A stretch of 64,000 nucleotides of DNA from assembly GCF_009914755.1 (NCBI RefSeq), contig NC_060938.1. One strand, 5' to 3'. A program made the position numbers and the translations under genes. Of the stretch, positions 27,135-38,709 are shown in pieces (position 1 is the first letter of the stretch; each line of letters begins with the position of its first letter). A model generated the notes under the pieces. That model was not told the origin of the DNA and did no database searches. It was given only the letters and a program-made list of their open reading frames with translations. This DNA comes from the human T2T-CHM13v2.0 reference genome, Homo sapiens.

Positions 27135-27673
27135 TATAAAATAAACCAGTCTATGCCACTTCAAAATACATCTCTTTGGCATAGGACTATTTTGCCCTCT
27201 TCCCATCTACCTAAAAGCAGGATATATGGTTCCTTTTGTGAAGGTATTGCCTCTGCCTTCCATTATACCAGGATCAAAACAATCCTTATCACTGCAGACA
27301 GAATGTCAGCATCAAAATGAGTCTGCACAGACAAACTTTATAAAAATCACTCTTATATTTTATTGTTTTCTCTTACATGTTTCTTCCCACCATTTATTGC
27401 CCTTAAATGTTCAACCTCTTCTCTTTTGACTTGTCACTTCTTCACAAATTTATCATCCTTTGTTAAAATGGCATAGATGCCCCTGTGTCTACTCATTCTT
27501 TGGGTCTCTACTTCATTTCTATGAAGACTTCCATGCATGTAAAAATTAGAATGTTATTATCAAATAAAATTGTTATACCTTTCTCTTGTTAATTTTTTGT
27601 CAGTCTAATTCTCAGGTTCTAGCCCGAGAACTTAAAAGGGTAGAGGAAAGGTTTTTTTTTTCCCTCTCTTACA
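27135..27673 (+). mobile_element. MER34/MER39-like ERV1 solo LTR
   Basis: 'tatgccacttcaaaatacatctctttggcataggactatttt' start, AATAAA, and end 'gggtagaggaaagg..tttttccctctcttaca'. Confidence 0.7.
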
Positions 27674-27969
27674 TATAACCATCTCAAATTCCCCCCTCTC
27701 GTTTTCTCCATGGGCTTCTAACTTGCCTGAGCTATTCGTTACCTTGTATTTTTTGATCCTGTGCTCTTATCCTTTTATCAATGAGGACACACTTCCAATA
27801 CATGTTTGTTTATATGTTAACATTATACTTGTAGTACTGCACTAGTATTTCTTCTGCATTATAAATATGCATAAGAATAGAAGTTCTGATTAAAAAATAC
27901 CAGTATTCTGATATTTCCTTTCTTACTCACCAATGGATCTTTGAGCCTTCATCCTACTCTAGAGTATCT

Positions 27970-29130
27970 CCTCCAAGCTAGTTTTATTTCAAGAGTCAGA
28001 GAGAACTTTTTGAAATGCAATTTTAATCCTATTGCTCACCAGCTTAAGACAAGTTAGGTGTTTGCACTGAGAATAAAATTTTATTCCTGGTGGCCAACGA
28101 GCCCTCCCCTGCCCTGCTGCTACCTAATTTGTGTCCTGCTTCAGTCCCTCTCTGCCACTTTGTCCCTGGCTTATTAGGTTTCTGCCATATTGAACTCCAT
28201 TTGGTTTCTCAAATGCTACAAGCTTGTTCCTGTCACTGAGCCTTCATGTAGGATTAATTTTGTAGAGAAAAAAGTATCTTTTCCTTGTATTCTTCTAAGT
28301 TCTCCTCTGGAGTCCTTGAAACAAAAGGCAGATCAACAAGAGAAAAAAATATACATTTATTTAATATATGTTTTATGTGACACAGAAATGAAGATTCAAA
28401 CAAGAAATGAAGATTCAAAGAAACGCTTAAACCTGAGCATATTTATGCTAGGTTCCACGAAGAGTAAAAAGGCGTGGAAAATGTGATAGGACAAAGGGTA
28501 TGAGCGAAGGGGAGTAAACTAGGGGTAACTTGCCAAGACCTCTTCATGCAGGTTCCTATCAGCATGCCTCCATCTTTGGAGCAAAGGATGGTTTTTACTT
28601 ATGGCACTTCTCACTTGAAGGTCTTATGACCTGCTTCAGGGGAGAAGTGCTAGGGAAGGTCACAGAGTCCTTTCTGTCATTTCTCAAATTTCTTCACCTT
28701 AATTGAAAATATTCAGTATTCCAAGGTGCCATGTTTTGGGGTAGCATGTCCTGAAACCCATCAGTTTGAAGACCCAGACTTTTAGTCCTCTTCTGAAAAA
28801 TTTTAACTCATTTGTTGAATCTCATCTTTCAAGTTATTTCCTCAAAAAAAGCTTCTCTGACACCAGCCATCTCCTTTCTCACTATTCCCAATCAGTTTTT
28901 CCTATATTGACCTCTCATCTCGTTGTAAAAGTTTTTCTTTATAGCACTTACTACAATGGATAAGTTTACATATACTCATGGCATTGTTTGATTAATAACT
29001 ATTTCTATCAATAACTTCTGTGTACCCTGAGATTGTGTCTTTTTTTTTTTTTAAATCGTATCCCTGGTTCTTAGATTGTATTTAACACATAGTAGCTACT
29101 TGATGTAGTTTTGATAATTGAACAAACAAT
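27970..29130 (+). mobile_element. LINE-2 fragment split by an ERV1 LTR
   Basis: L2-like 'gtcagagagaactttttgaaatgcaa..' before and 'tctttatagcacttacta...aacacatagtag..aattgaacaaac' after the LTR. Confidence 0.55.
28261..28763 (-). mobile_element. MER4-group ERV1 solo LTR (MER49/LTR48-like)
   Basis: Right end reverse-complements to TGATGGGTTTCAGGACATGCTACCCCAAAACATGGCACCTTGG; TG..CA ends; TSD ATTT/GTTT. Confidence 0.75.
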
Positions 29131-30239
29131 GACCATATATTCCATATCATGGCATGTGGTTTTGAGGAATGAGGGCTCAGCCTATATGGGGCAGAAACTT
29201 TTCCATAAAATTCAGAGTATAGGACTGGTGAGTTTTCTCTTCGTTCTTGTTAACCATATATCGAGTTGTTATTTGTAGCTATAGTGATATAAATATCAGA
29301 AAGAGATTATATTCAAAGAATGAGCATATTGCAGAATTCTGTGGGATAGTGCTTTTTCTTCTAAATGTGCCTATCACTTTCCTTATTTTAATGCTGTCAT
29401 TTTTGGCAGGGAGCTGCTGATACTACAAGGCCAGCTCTTACTGCCATTCAGTTGTCTTGATTAGGGAACAACTCAGCATTCCTAAATTATTCACAAGTCT
29501 CAGGCATTGCTGAGGACTAGCAAATGTCAAATATAGTAATTGTCCCCATCCAGGCAGAAAGAAGAAGTTGATTTGAATGTATGCATTTAAATTAATAGGA
29601 AAGCAGAACTGGGAAAGTGACCCTACCTCTTCCTTAAGTGCCCAGACAATTAAATGCAAATGGATTCCCAGAGGAGTCTCATGCCAGCTGCTCCTCATTC
29701 CTCTCAAACAGAAAGGGAAATGCCATTCACAGTGTCCTTCTATGGCAGAGGGTCTGACATTGACTGAAACCCCTATAGTGCTTGACCAGTGCTAATCTGC
29801 ATAAATACATCTAATGGGAGCATATTTTGAAACATCGATTGGGGCTCTTTTTTTTTAAGTGCTGTCTGTGATAATCAAATTCCTGATGACTTCCCAACAG
29901 CCCAGGCAGCTGTATACTGCTTTCAGGAGAAAAAGGGAGGTACCATATAAATCAGGGCATAAAGGTCAAATAAACTTAGACATTTATTCATTTATTTTTT
30001 TAAACAAATCTTATTAAGTCTTACAGGCAGTTCTGGTTCTAGAGCTACTGTGTGAATAAAATAGGTTCTCTAACTCATGGAGCTTACATCTACTCAGGTG
30101 GATACATAATAAACATAAACTAATAAGCAATTAATACAAGTGCAATAACAGTAATATTAATAATAGCATCAGGTTAAAAAGATAGAAAGTGAAGGAGGTG
30201 AGGGTGTTTAGATACCTCATTGAATAAATGTCATTTAAA

Positions 30240-30941
30240 TAAGATGGCCAGAATTAGCAAATAAATATACAGGATGCCCAGTATGTATTTTCATGGAGTT
30301 ATTAGAAAGGGGTCCGGGTCCAGACCCCAAGAGAGAGTTCTTGGATCTTGGACAAGAAAGAATTCAGGGCGAATCCATACAGTAAAGTGAAAGCAAGTTT
30401 ATTAGGAAAGTAAAGGAATAAAAGAATGGCTACTCCATAGACAGAACAGCCCTGAGGGCTTCTGGTTGCCCATTTTTATGGCTTTTTTTTTTTTATTACA
30501 TGCTTAACAAGGGGTGGATTATTTATGCCTCCCTTTTTTAGACCACCTAGTGTAGCTTCCTGACATTGCCATGGCATTTGTAAACTGTCATATTGCTGGT
30601 GGGAGTGAGGCAGTGAGGACGGCCAGAGGTCACTGTTATTGCCATCTTGAATTGGTGGGTTTTAGCTGGCTTCTTTACTGCAACCTGTTTTTATCAGCAA
30701 GGTCTTTATGACCTGTATCTTGTGCCAGCCTCCTATCTCATCCTGTGAGTAATAATGCCTTAACTTACTGGGAATGCAGCCTGGCAGGTCTTAGCCTTAT
30801 TTTACCTACCCCCTATTCAAGATGGAGTTGTTCTAGTTAAAATGCCTCTGACAATGGGATATACTTAAAGTAAAAAATTTATTCATTGTTAATATGAAAT
30901 TCAGATTTCACAAATGTATTCAACTTCATCTTGCTACCCTA
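30240..30941. mobile_element. MER53 hAT MITE (partly deleted), split by MER41A
   Basis: Left 'gccagaattagcaaataaatatacaggatgcccagt', right 'atgggatatacttaaagtaaaaaatttattcattgtt..tgaaattca...atcttgctacccta'; 8-bp TSD CATTTAAA/CATTCAAA. Confidence 0.82.
30297..30853 (-). mobile_element. MER41A ERV1 solo LTR
   Basis: 557 bp; reverse complement starts TGTCAGAGGCATTTTAACTAGAACAACTCCATCTTGAATAGGGG; 4-bp TSD ATGG; 'AAAGGGAGGCATAAATAATCCACCCC' is the short A-type form. Confidence 0.9.
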
Positions 30942-31867
30942 CATTCAAATCACATCTTAAATAATATGAAGCAGCTGACCATGGGAAGACCTGGAGAAAA
31001 TGCTGTATGGGCAGGAGATTGGTGTGTGTAAAATGCCCTAAGTGAGAAACAAGGAGGAAAAGATGTTTGTAGATAGGGTTGGGAGTTTGTCCAGATCAGA
31101 CTGCATAGGGCCTTGCAAACCATGATGTGGATTGTGAATATTATTTTAAGTGTGTGGAAAGCCACTGAGGAAGCATTTGGGAAAAAAGTGTCATGATCTG
31201 CTTTTTGTTTTAAAAATAGCACTTCGGGTTTCAGGATCGAGAACATCCTGGAAGTAAGAGCGGAAGCAGAAAAGCCAGCAGAGCAGGCCATCACAATAGA
31301 CGTGGCGTGAGATGGTGAGTGCTGAAGGGGGATGGGAGTTGCAGATGTGATGAGAAGTACTTCAATTTGGTATATATTTGAAAAATAGAGCCAAAAAGTA
31401 TTACTGAAGAATTGCATATGGGGTGCTGGGAAAAGGAGAATCAATAATGATTCCAAAGTTCCTGGCCTGAGTAATCATTTCAAAAGTTGCTAATGTTGGT
31501 AGGAAGAACATCTTCTTATTCAAATTTCTAGAGCTTTCCCAGTTCTGAATCAGATACAAGATAGGCTGGAGAAAAAATGGGGAGAGAGGGAGAAATGGTT
31601 ATTCGAAATGAAAAGATGTTAAATCTCATGGATTATTCAGCATCAAGAACTACCTCCAGGGATCTGTATGAAATCTGAGTCACACTTGTCCTTCTTGTAG
31701 CCTTCTGATGATATCAGACTATCCACTGACAAGGGGTTTGCTATGTTCTGAGACTTGAGTTTGAAGACTTAGTTCTGCATCCAACCTACTACACTATCTA
31801 CATCCAATTGTTTGAGACATTCAGAAATATTTCCTCTCTTTCACTCCGAATATTTAGGGTATGGTAA

Positions 31868-33417
31868 TGTGTCTGGAATTGGTGGGTTCTTGGTCTCACT
31901 GACTTCAAGAATGAAGCTGTGGACCCTCGCAGTGAGTGTTACAGTTCTTAAAGGCGGCGTGTCCAGAGTTTGTTCCTTCTGATGTTCAGATGTGTTTGGA
32001 GTTTTTTCCTTTTGGTGGGTTCGTGGTCTTGCTGGCTTCAGGCGTGAAGCTGCAGACCTTCGCAGTGAGTGTTACAGCTCTTAAGGCAGCGCGTCTGGAG
32101 TTGTTCATTCTTCCTGGGTTCGTGGTCTAGCTGGCCTCAGGAGAGAAGCTGCAGACCTTCGCGGTGAGTGTTACAGCTCATAAAGGCAGTGTGGTCCCAA
32201 AGAGCTAACAGCAGCAAGATTTATTGCAAAGAGCAAAAGAACAAAGCTTCCACAGTGTGGAAGGGGACCCAAGCGGGTTGCCACTGCTGGCTCAGGCAGC
32301 CTGCTTTTATTCCCTTATCTGTCCCCACCCACATCCTGCTGATTGGTTCATTTTACAGAGAGCTGATTGGTCTGTTTTACAGAGAGCTGATTGGTCCGTT
32401 TTGACAGGGTGCTGATTGGTGTGTTTATAATCCCTGAGCTAGACACAAAAGTTCTCCAAGTCCCCAGTAGATTAGCTAGACACAGAGCACTGATTGGTGC
32501 ATTTACAAACCTTGAGCTAGAGACACAGGGTGCTGATTGGTGCATTTACAAACCTTGAGCTAGACACAGAGTGCTGACTGGTGTATTTACAAACCCTGAG
32601 CTAGATGCAGAGTGCTGATTGGTGCATTTACAAACCTTGAGCTAGATACAGAGTGCTGATTGGTGCATCCGCAATCCCTTAGCTAGACATAAAGATTCTC
32701 CAAGTCCCCAGGAGATTAGCTAGATACAGAGTGCCCATTGGTGCATCGACAATCCCTTAGCTAGACATAAAGGTTCTCCAAGTCCCCACCAGATTCAGGA
32801 GCCCAGCTGGCTTCACCCAGTGGATCCTGCACCTCGCTGCAGGTGGAGCTGCCCGCCAGTCCTGGGCCATGCGCCCACACTCATCAGCCCTTGGGTGGTT
32901 GATGGGACGGGGGGGCCTCGAAGCAGGGGGCTGCGCTTGTGGGAGAGGCTCAGGCCGTGCAGGAGCCCAGGGCGTGGGGAGGCATGGCAGGCTACAGGTC
33001 CTGAGCCCTGCCCGGTGGGGAGGCAGCTGAGGCCAGGCGAGGATTCGAGCACAGCGCCGGCGGGCTGGCACTGCTGGGGGACTCGGCGCACCCTCCACAG
33101 CTGCTGTCCCGGGTGGTAAGCCCCTCACTGCCCGGGGCTGGTGGGGCGGCCAGCTGCTCGGAGTGTGGGGCCCGCCAAGGCCATGTCCACCCAGAACTTG
33201 CTCTGGCCTACCGCGAGCAGCCCCAGTTCCCGCCCCGCGTCTCCCTCCATACCTCCTGGCAAGCTGAGGGAGCCGGCTCCGGCCTCAGCCAGCCCAGGAA
33301 GGGGCTCCCACAGTGCAGCGGCGGGCTGAAGGGCTCCTCAAGCGCGGCCAGAGTGGGCGCCGAGGCCGAGGAGGCGCTGAGCGTGAGCGAGGGCTGCCAG
33401 CAGGCTGTCACCTCTCA
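31868..33417 (-). mobile_element. LTR12C (ERV9) solo LTR
   Basis: 1550 bp, TGTGTCTGGAATTGGTGGGTTCTTGG...GCTGTCACCTCTCA; ~41-bp U3 repeats, GC-rich U3; perfect TSD GTAA at 31864-31867 and 33418-33421. Confidence 0.96.
32218..32790 (-). promoter_or_regulatory. LTR12C enhancer/promoter: CCAAT (NF-Y) array, AATAAA-type TATA box, R-region poly(A) signal
   Basis: Nine intact ATTGG (CCAAT on minus) between 32342 and 32741 plus one mutated; GGGAATAAAAGCAGG on minus at ~32300-32314; AATAAA on minus at ~32220-32226. Activity not shown. Confidence 0.7.
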
Positions 33418-33450
33418 GTAATAATGGCATGAAAGCAAAGCTTACATCCC

Positions 33451-33942
33451 TGTGGTAGGCAGAACAATTGTCCCCCCAAAATGTCTGCATCCTAATACTC
33501 GACTTTTAAATGCGTTATGTAGCAAAGGAGAATTGAGGTTGCTAATTGGCTGATCTTAATACCAGGAGGTTTTCCTGGATTACCTAGGCAGGTCAAGTGT
33601 AATCACAAGGGGCCTGTAAGTGTGGGAGGGGGAGGCAGGAGAGTTAGTACCAGAATGATGTGACATGGGAAAGACTTAACCTGCCATTTCTCTGGCTTTG
33701 AAAGTGGAAGCTGGCAAAGAGCCAAGGAATATGGAGACCCTCTAGAAGCTGGAAAAGGCAATAAGGCAGACTGTCTCCTAGAGGCTCCAGAAAGGAAGAC
33801 AGTCCTACTGACATCTTAATTTCAGCCTAGTGAGACTCATTTCAGACTTCTGGCCTCCATAACGGTCAGATATAAAACTTGTGTTATTTTAAGCCATTGA
33901 GTTTATAGTAACTTGTTATAGCAGCAATAGAAAATTAATACA
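33451..33942 (+). mobile_element. MLT1D-like MaLR solo LTR
   Basis: TGTGGTAGGCAGAA...CTCTAGAAGCTGGAAAAGGCA...GTTATAGCAGCAATAGAAAATTAATACA. Confidence 0.9.
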
Positions 33943-34382
33943 CTGACCGAGGTAGAAGTAGATAAAACCAGCTGGACATCTTCACTGAGGACATCAGTGA
34001 TAGAACATGTTCCTTATTTCGTACACAAAGGAGTCTTCAAATTTGCCCTGGCAGAGAGAACTGAAAATGAGAGAATTACCTGGATGATTGAGGAAAACAT
34101 ATCAAATGCCACATTTCTTCCAAATAGGTTTTTCCTAGTCCTTGCCTTAGTTACCAGCTAAGCTTTCCAGAATGAGTCTGAAGTTTTTGAGTTTAGATTA
34201 TTCTACGTAGAACATTGACTTTTCTGTGATCCTTACCATTATACTATAAGCTTTTTCAAAGTGCAAGAAGCTATGTCTCATTCAACAGTGTGAGCTTAGC
34301 ACTCAGCAAATAATTGTTGAACAAATGAATGAATGTCTGCTTCCATTTCCTTTCAGTTTTGACAGTGAATATGGTAGATCAA

Positions 34383-34735
34383 TGTCTTAGTTCATTCTCA
34401 CACTGCTATAAAGAACTGCCTGAAACTAGGTCATTTATAAAGGTTAAATTGACTCACAGTTCCACATGGCTGGGGAGGTCTCAGGAAACTTACAAGCCTT
34501 GTGGAAGGTGAAGGGGAGGCAAAGACCTTCCTTATGTGGCAGCAGGAAAGAGAGAGCTAGCAAGAGCAGGGAAAACTGCCTTATAAAACCGTCAGATCTC
34601 GTGAGAACTCAACTCACTACCATGAGAACAGCATGGTCCAATCACCTCCCACTGGGTCACTCCCTCAACATGTGGGGACTATAGGGATTACAATTCAAGA
34701 TGAGATTTGGGTGAGGACACAGCCAAACCATGTTA
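34383..34735 (-). mobile_element. MSTA/THE1D-like MaLR solo LTR
   Basis: Antisense LTR 'tgtcttagttcattctcacactgctataaagaa...gagatttgggtgaggacacagccaaacc'; TSD ATCAA/ATCAG. Confidence 0.9.
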
Positions 34736-35274
34736 ATCAGTGTGTGTATAGCAACTGTTGAGTTGGAAGATCACAAGTTAAGCTTGAATTCATCCAAGTC
34801 ATTTTGCAAGACCTGGTTTGACAGACCAATTTGTTAAGCAAGGTCATATTGTTGTAATTATTGTCCCTCAGCATATACATGGGCCAGGAACCAAGCATTA
34901 AAATGCAGTAAGTCCTTGGCATCTAATCTGTTTTTTTTTGTTGCTTGACCTGATCTGTGACAGACTAGAGAGCGAGCCTGAAGAGTCATCTGCAGCCCTG
35001 CCAGACTGCTGTAAGAATGACAGCTTTGGCTCGCCACTGGGAGCAGGATAACATGAGAGGTGATGCAATCAGTCTGCAGGGGAAATTGGAACTCAGTTGT
35101 CCAGGAAGACTTGGACTGAGGACAAAGCAGGGAAGAATGAGAGAACATTAAGAGAACTGTGGGAAGCCTTGGGTTGTTTAAGGTTAAGTTTGAGATGCAT
35201 TCATTCAGTGATTGTTTGCTCTATAGGATGTTTTATGTAAGGCATCATGCAAAATACCAAGAGGGAGGCAATGA

Positions 35275-35525
35275 TGAATAATCACAGTTGACATTTATTT
35301 TCTGTTTATTATGTGTCAGGCACTGTGCTAAGCATTTTAAAAGCAGTATCTCATTTAATCTTCAAACCGATTTTATGAGGGAAGAACAACTATCATACTC
35401 ATTAAGTTGATGAGAACAATTAAGCTTAGTGACAATAACTTGCCCAAGGGCACCCAGTAAGTGGCAAAACTGAATATTCAAACTGAGGTCTGGTTTAAAA
35501 GTCTATTCTTTTAACCACTACACAT
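35275..35525 (-). mobile_element. MIR SINE
   Basis: 'tatgtgtcaggcactgtgctaagcatttta...atctcatttaatcttc...taacttgcccaagg...ttttaaccactac'. Confidence 0.85.
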
Positions 35526-37636
35526 AATGGCCTGGTCTTTAATCACTGAACCTAATAATCTAATTGCTCCCCTTTTATTCTTGGAGAGGAAATAAGATAC
35601 ACAAATAGAGAAGTTATAATATGAGAAAAATGCGGTAAGTGCTGTACAGAAGGACTGAGCTCAGCATTATGGAACACAGTACTTCTGAGAATGTAATCCA
35701 GACAGGATTTAAGCAGCAGGAGTTAGCAAATAACAGTAGAAGCCATTGAGTATTTATTGTAAGTTAGGTGCTTTACCTCCATTTATTCATTCATTCAAAA
35801 AATATTTACCAAGTACTTGCTAGTCACCTGGTACCCTTCTAAGTACTTGGGACCCATTAAAAAATAAGAATTAGTATACCTGCCCTCTTGAATCTTGTAT
35901 TCTAGTAGAGGGAGAAAAACAGTAAAGAATAAACTGCACACGTACAGTTTATACACACAAACACACCTGTGTATATACATGTTTACACAAACTCACACCC
36001 ACACCCACAGTTTTAAATGTTCAAGGGCATTATATGCAATGGAGGAAGAAAAAGTGGAAGAGTGCAATAGATACTTTAAATGGGGTAATCATGCTTTAGG
36101 GTATAACTAAAATATCTCACTGAATCCCCAAACTCTTTTGAGGCACATATTATTTTTGTGCCCCCTTTTCAGAGAGTGAAACAGGCTTACAGAGGTTAAC
36201 TAGTTTGTTCAAGAAGTAATGGAATTGGGATACCAATCAGGAATATGGACTCCAGAAGCTGTGTCCTCAATCCCTCTGCTATTCTCACTCCCCAAAATGT
36301 TGTCTCCTCTTCTTCCTCCCCACTCTCCTTCTCCTCCTTCTCTTTCTCCTTTCTTCCCTCCCTTCCTCCTTCTTCTAGAAACTGCGTTTGTGGCTATCAG
36401 GATTAACATTCTAACTACTTAACATTCTCCAGAACTTGCTGAACTTGAAGACACTGACAGCCCTTCCTCTACTGGCCCAGCTTACTCTTAGTTATGGAGA
36501 CCCCAGCAAAAATCACAAGGGCTTCAGTCACTTCACCCCTGCCTCCCACCATCTGCCCACCAGAAGCCACCTCCAGCACAGCAGAACCACATCATGTGTA
36601 GCCTCGTGGATTTAGCATTTGTTTCTCCATTTTTTTTCTGCTTTTTTTTTCCTTTTGTCAGATCTCCTGATTACTGAACCATATCTATACTTACCATGTC
36701 CTTGGGAAACTGGGTCTTGGGTCAGCAGAGGCCAGGGTAAGAACCAACTTTTGAAGCTGGGCTATTGCTTTCCAGCCTAGGGATTAAAGAGTCTTTCCTG
36801 TCCTCTCTTTCACAATGACCCAAGTCCAATAGATAACTTGGGGCCATGACAAATCTGCTCCTATTATGAGGTGGATATAAGTGAAAGAGAATTGGATTGG
36901 AGATCTCCAATTAGCACCACAACATGTTCCCCTAAAAAGCCTGTTCTTTGAGACCTCTGCCTAGTCTGGTTTCCGAGGTCTCTACTAGTATTGTAATTAA
37001 TCTTTAGTGTACAAGCAAGTACTTTTGTTGGTATTAATCAGTCCACCAGGGCTAGCCAGGTACAAGATTATCAAGAAGTAGATATTTTTATTTATTAATC
37101 AAGCAGTATATTTTGTCATTCAATTCTTAGTACTCAATGAGATAGGCACCATACTATTCCCCCTTCTTTATAGATGACAAAACTGAGGTACATGGAGGTT
37201 AAGTTGCCGAAGGCTACATCACTAGGGAATAGCAGGGCTGGACTAGAAACTGAAACCTGTTGTAACTCATTTGTGATATTTTCTCTAGATGCTGAGGATC
37301 TAGGCAAGAGATCCCTGATTTCAGGAACCTTCCAGCCTAGTGGGGAAGATAATCAAGTAAATTCAAAATATTAATAACAGGCCATTTCTTAAAAGTTGGG
37401 TAGTGTGCAGGTAGAATTGTGGGATAGAGCAACCAGGGAAACCAGTGGTATTTTTTTCTTCTTCCTCACCCAGACCATTTTTATCTTACCAGTAGCACCA
37501 TATGCTTCTACGACTTACACTTTCCATGAAGTGGGTCTGGCTGTCTCTCACCTCCTCATGATTCTGTTAGAAGACCATCCTGAAACATGTCCATGAGGAT
37601 GGTAGCCAGTCATACCAGCTAATTTGTTGCCCTAAG

Positions 37637-38140
37637 CTCTGGTTATCTATTATTGCCTAATAAACTACTTTAACACTTAACAGCTTAAACAAATCTATTT
37701 TATTATCTGTCATGATTTTCTGGGACAGGAATTTGGCAAGACGTGGCTTTGCTATTCTGCTCCACATGGCAGAGACTCTGGTTACTGGGTGGTATATAAC
37801 TGGTGCCTGGATTCATCCAGAGGGCCCAAGATGAGTTCATCCTACATCCTGGCACCTTGATGGACACCTGAAAAGCTGAGATCCCTCTCCACATACCCTC
37901 AGGTGATCTCTCTAGCAGGTTGTCAGAATTCTTATGGGGTGAGTCAGCTACCAAGAGATGCCAAAGTTGAAGCTGCCAGCTCTCTTAAAGTCTAAGCCTG
38001 GAAATGGCATCACATGACTTCCATCAGCCTTCATTGGTTAAAGCAGTTCCAGTCAGCCCTATCCAAGGGAAAGAGAAGCACACTCCACTTCTGGATGGAG
38101 GCATGTCAAAGAATTGGTGGCTGTCTTTTATCTATTACTG
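37637..38140 (-). mobile_element. Old MLT1 (G/H-like) MaLR LTR
   Basis: 'gttatctattattgc.taataaactac...ttctgggacaggaatttgg...ggcatgtcaaagaatt'. Confidence 0.7.
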
Positions 38141-38162
38141 TTTCTAGTAGACTTTGCATTAA

Positions 38163-38541
<379 letters not shown>

Positions 38542-38609
38542 AGATTCAAAATATTTCTAATAAAAATTGCCTATTTCTGAAGACTCATTGAAGCTGAGGT
38601 GCCACAACC

Positions 38610-38709
38610 TTCAATATTAAAAATATTGAATTCAGTATTAAAAAATTGAATTCAATATTCAAATATATTGAATTCAGTATTCAAATATATTGAATTCAGT
38701 ATTCAATAT
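38610..38709. repeat. AT-rich minisatellite (ATTGAATTCAGTATTCAAATAT-like, ~21-bp period); related sequence resumes at 41090-41121
   Basis: Four to five degenerate copies seen directly. Confidence 0.85.

Larger units (their letters stand above)
29982..31480 (-). mobile_element. LINE-2 fragment (ORF2 C-terminus plus 3' end), split by MER53/MER41
   Basis: Antisense L2 tail 'catttattcattt..aacaaat.ttattaag'; ORF 30950-31456 contains L2 ORF2-like peptides (FWLYFSNIYQI, VLFLKQKADH, MVCKAL). Confidence 0.78.

Noticed and set aside
29647-29662. SOX-OCT composite element (ACAATTAAATGCAAAT)
   Set aside because: The octamer is perfect, but the SOX half is in the wrong orientation for the canonical CATTGT-N-ATGCAAAT.
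30240-30941. MER53 as a miR-1302-type hairpin
   Set aside because: The left arm is partly deleted and a 557-bp LTR separates the arms.
32340-32790. Regularly spaced ~41-bp repeats resembling a CRISPR array
   Set aside because: They are tandem LTR12C U3 enhancer repeats with no unique spacers and no cas genes, in primate DNA.
32757-33421. Cluster of overlapping ORFs of up to ~120 aa on both strands
   Set aside because: Expected from the GC-rich, stop-poor LTR12C U3; no recognisable protein motif.
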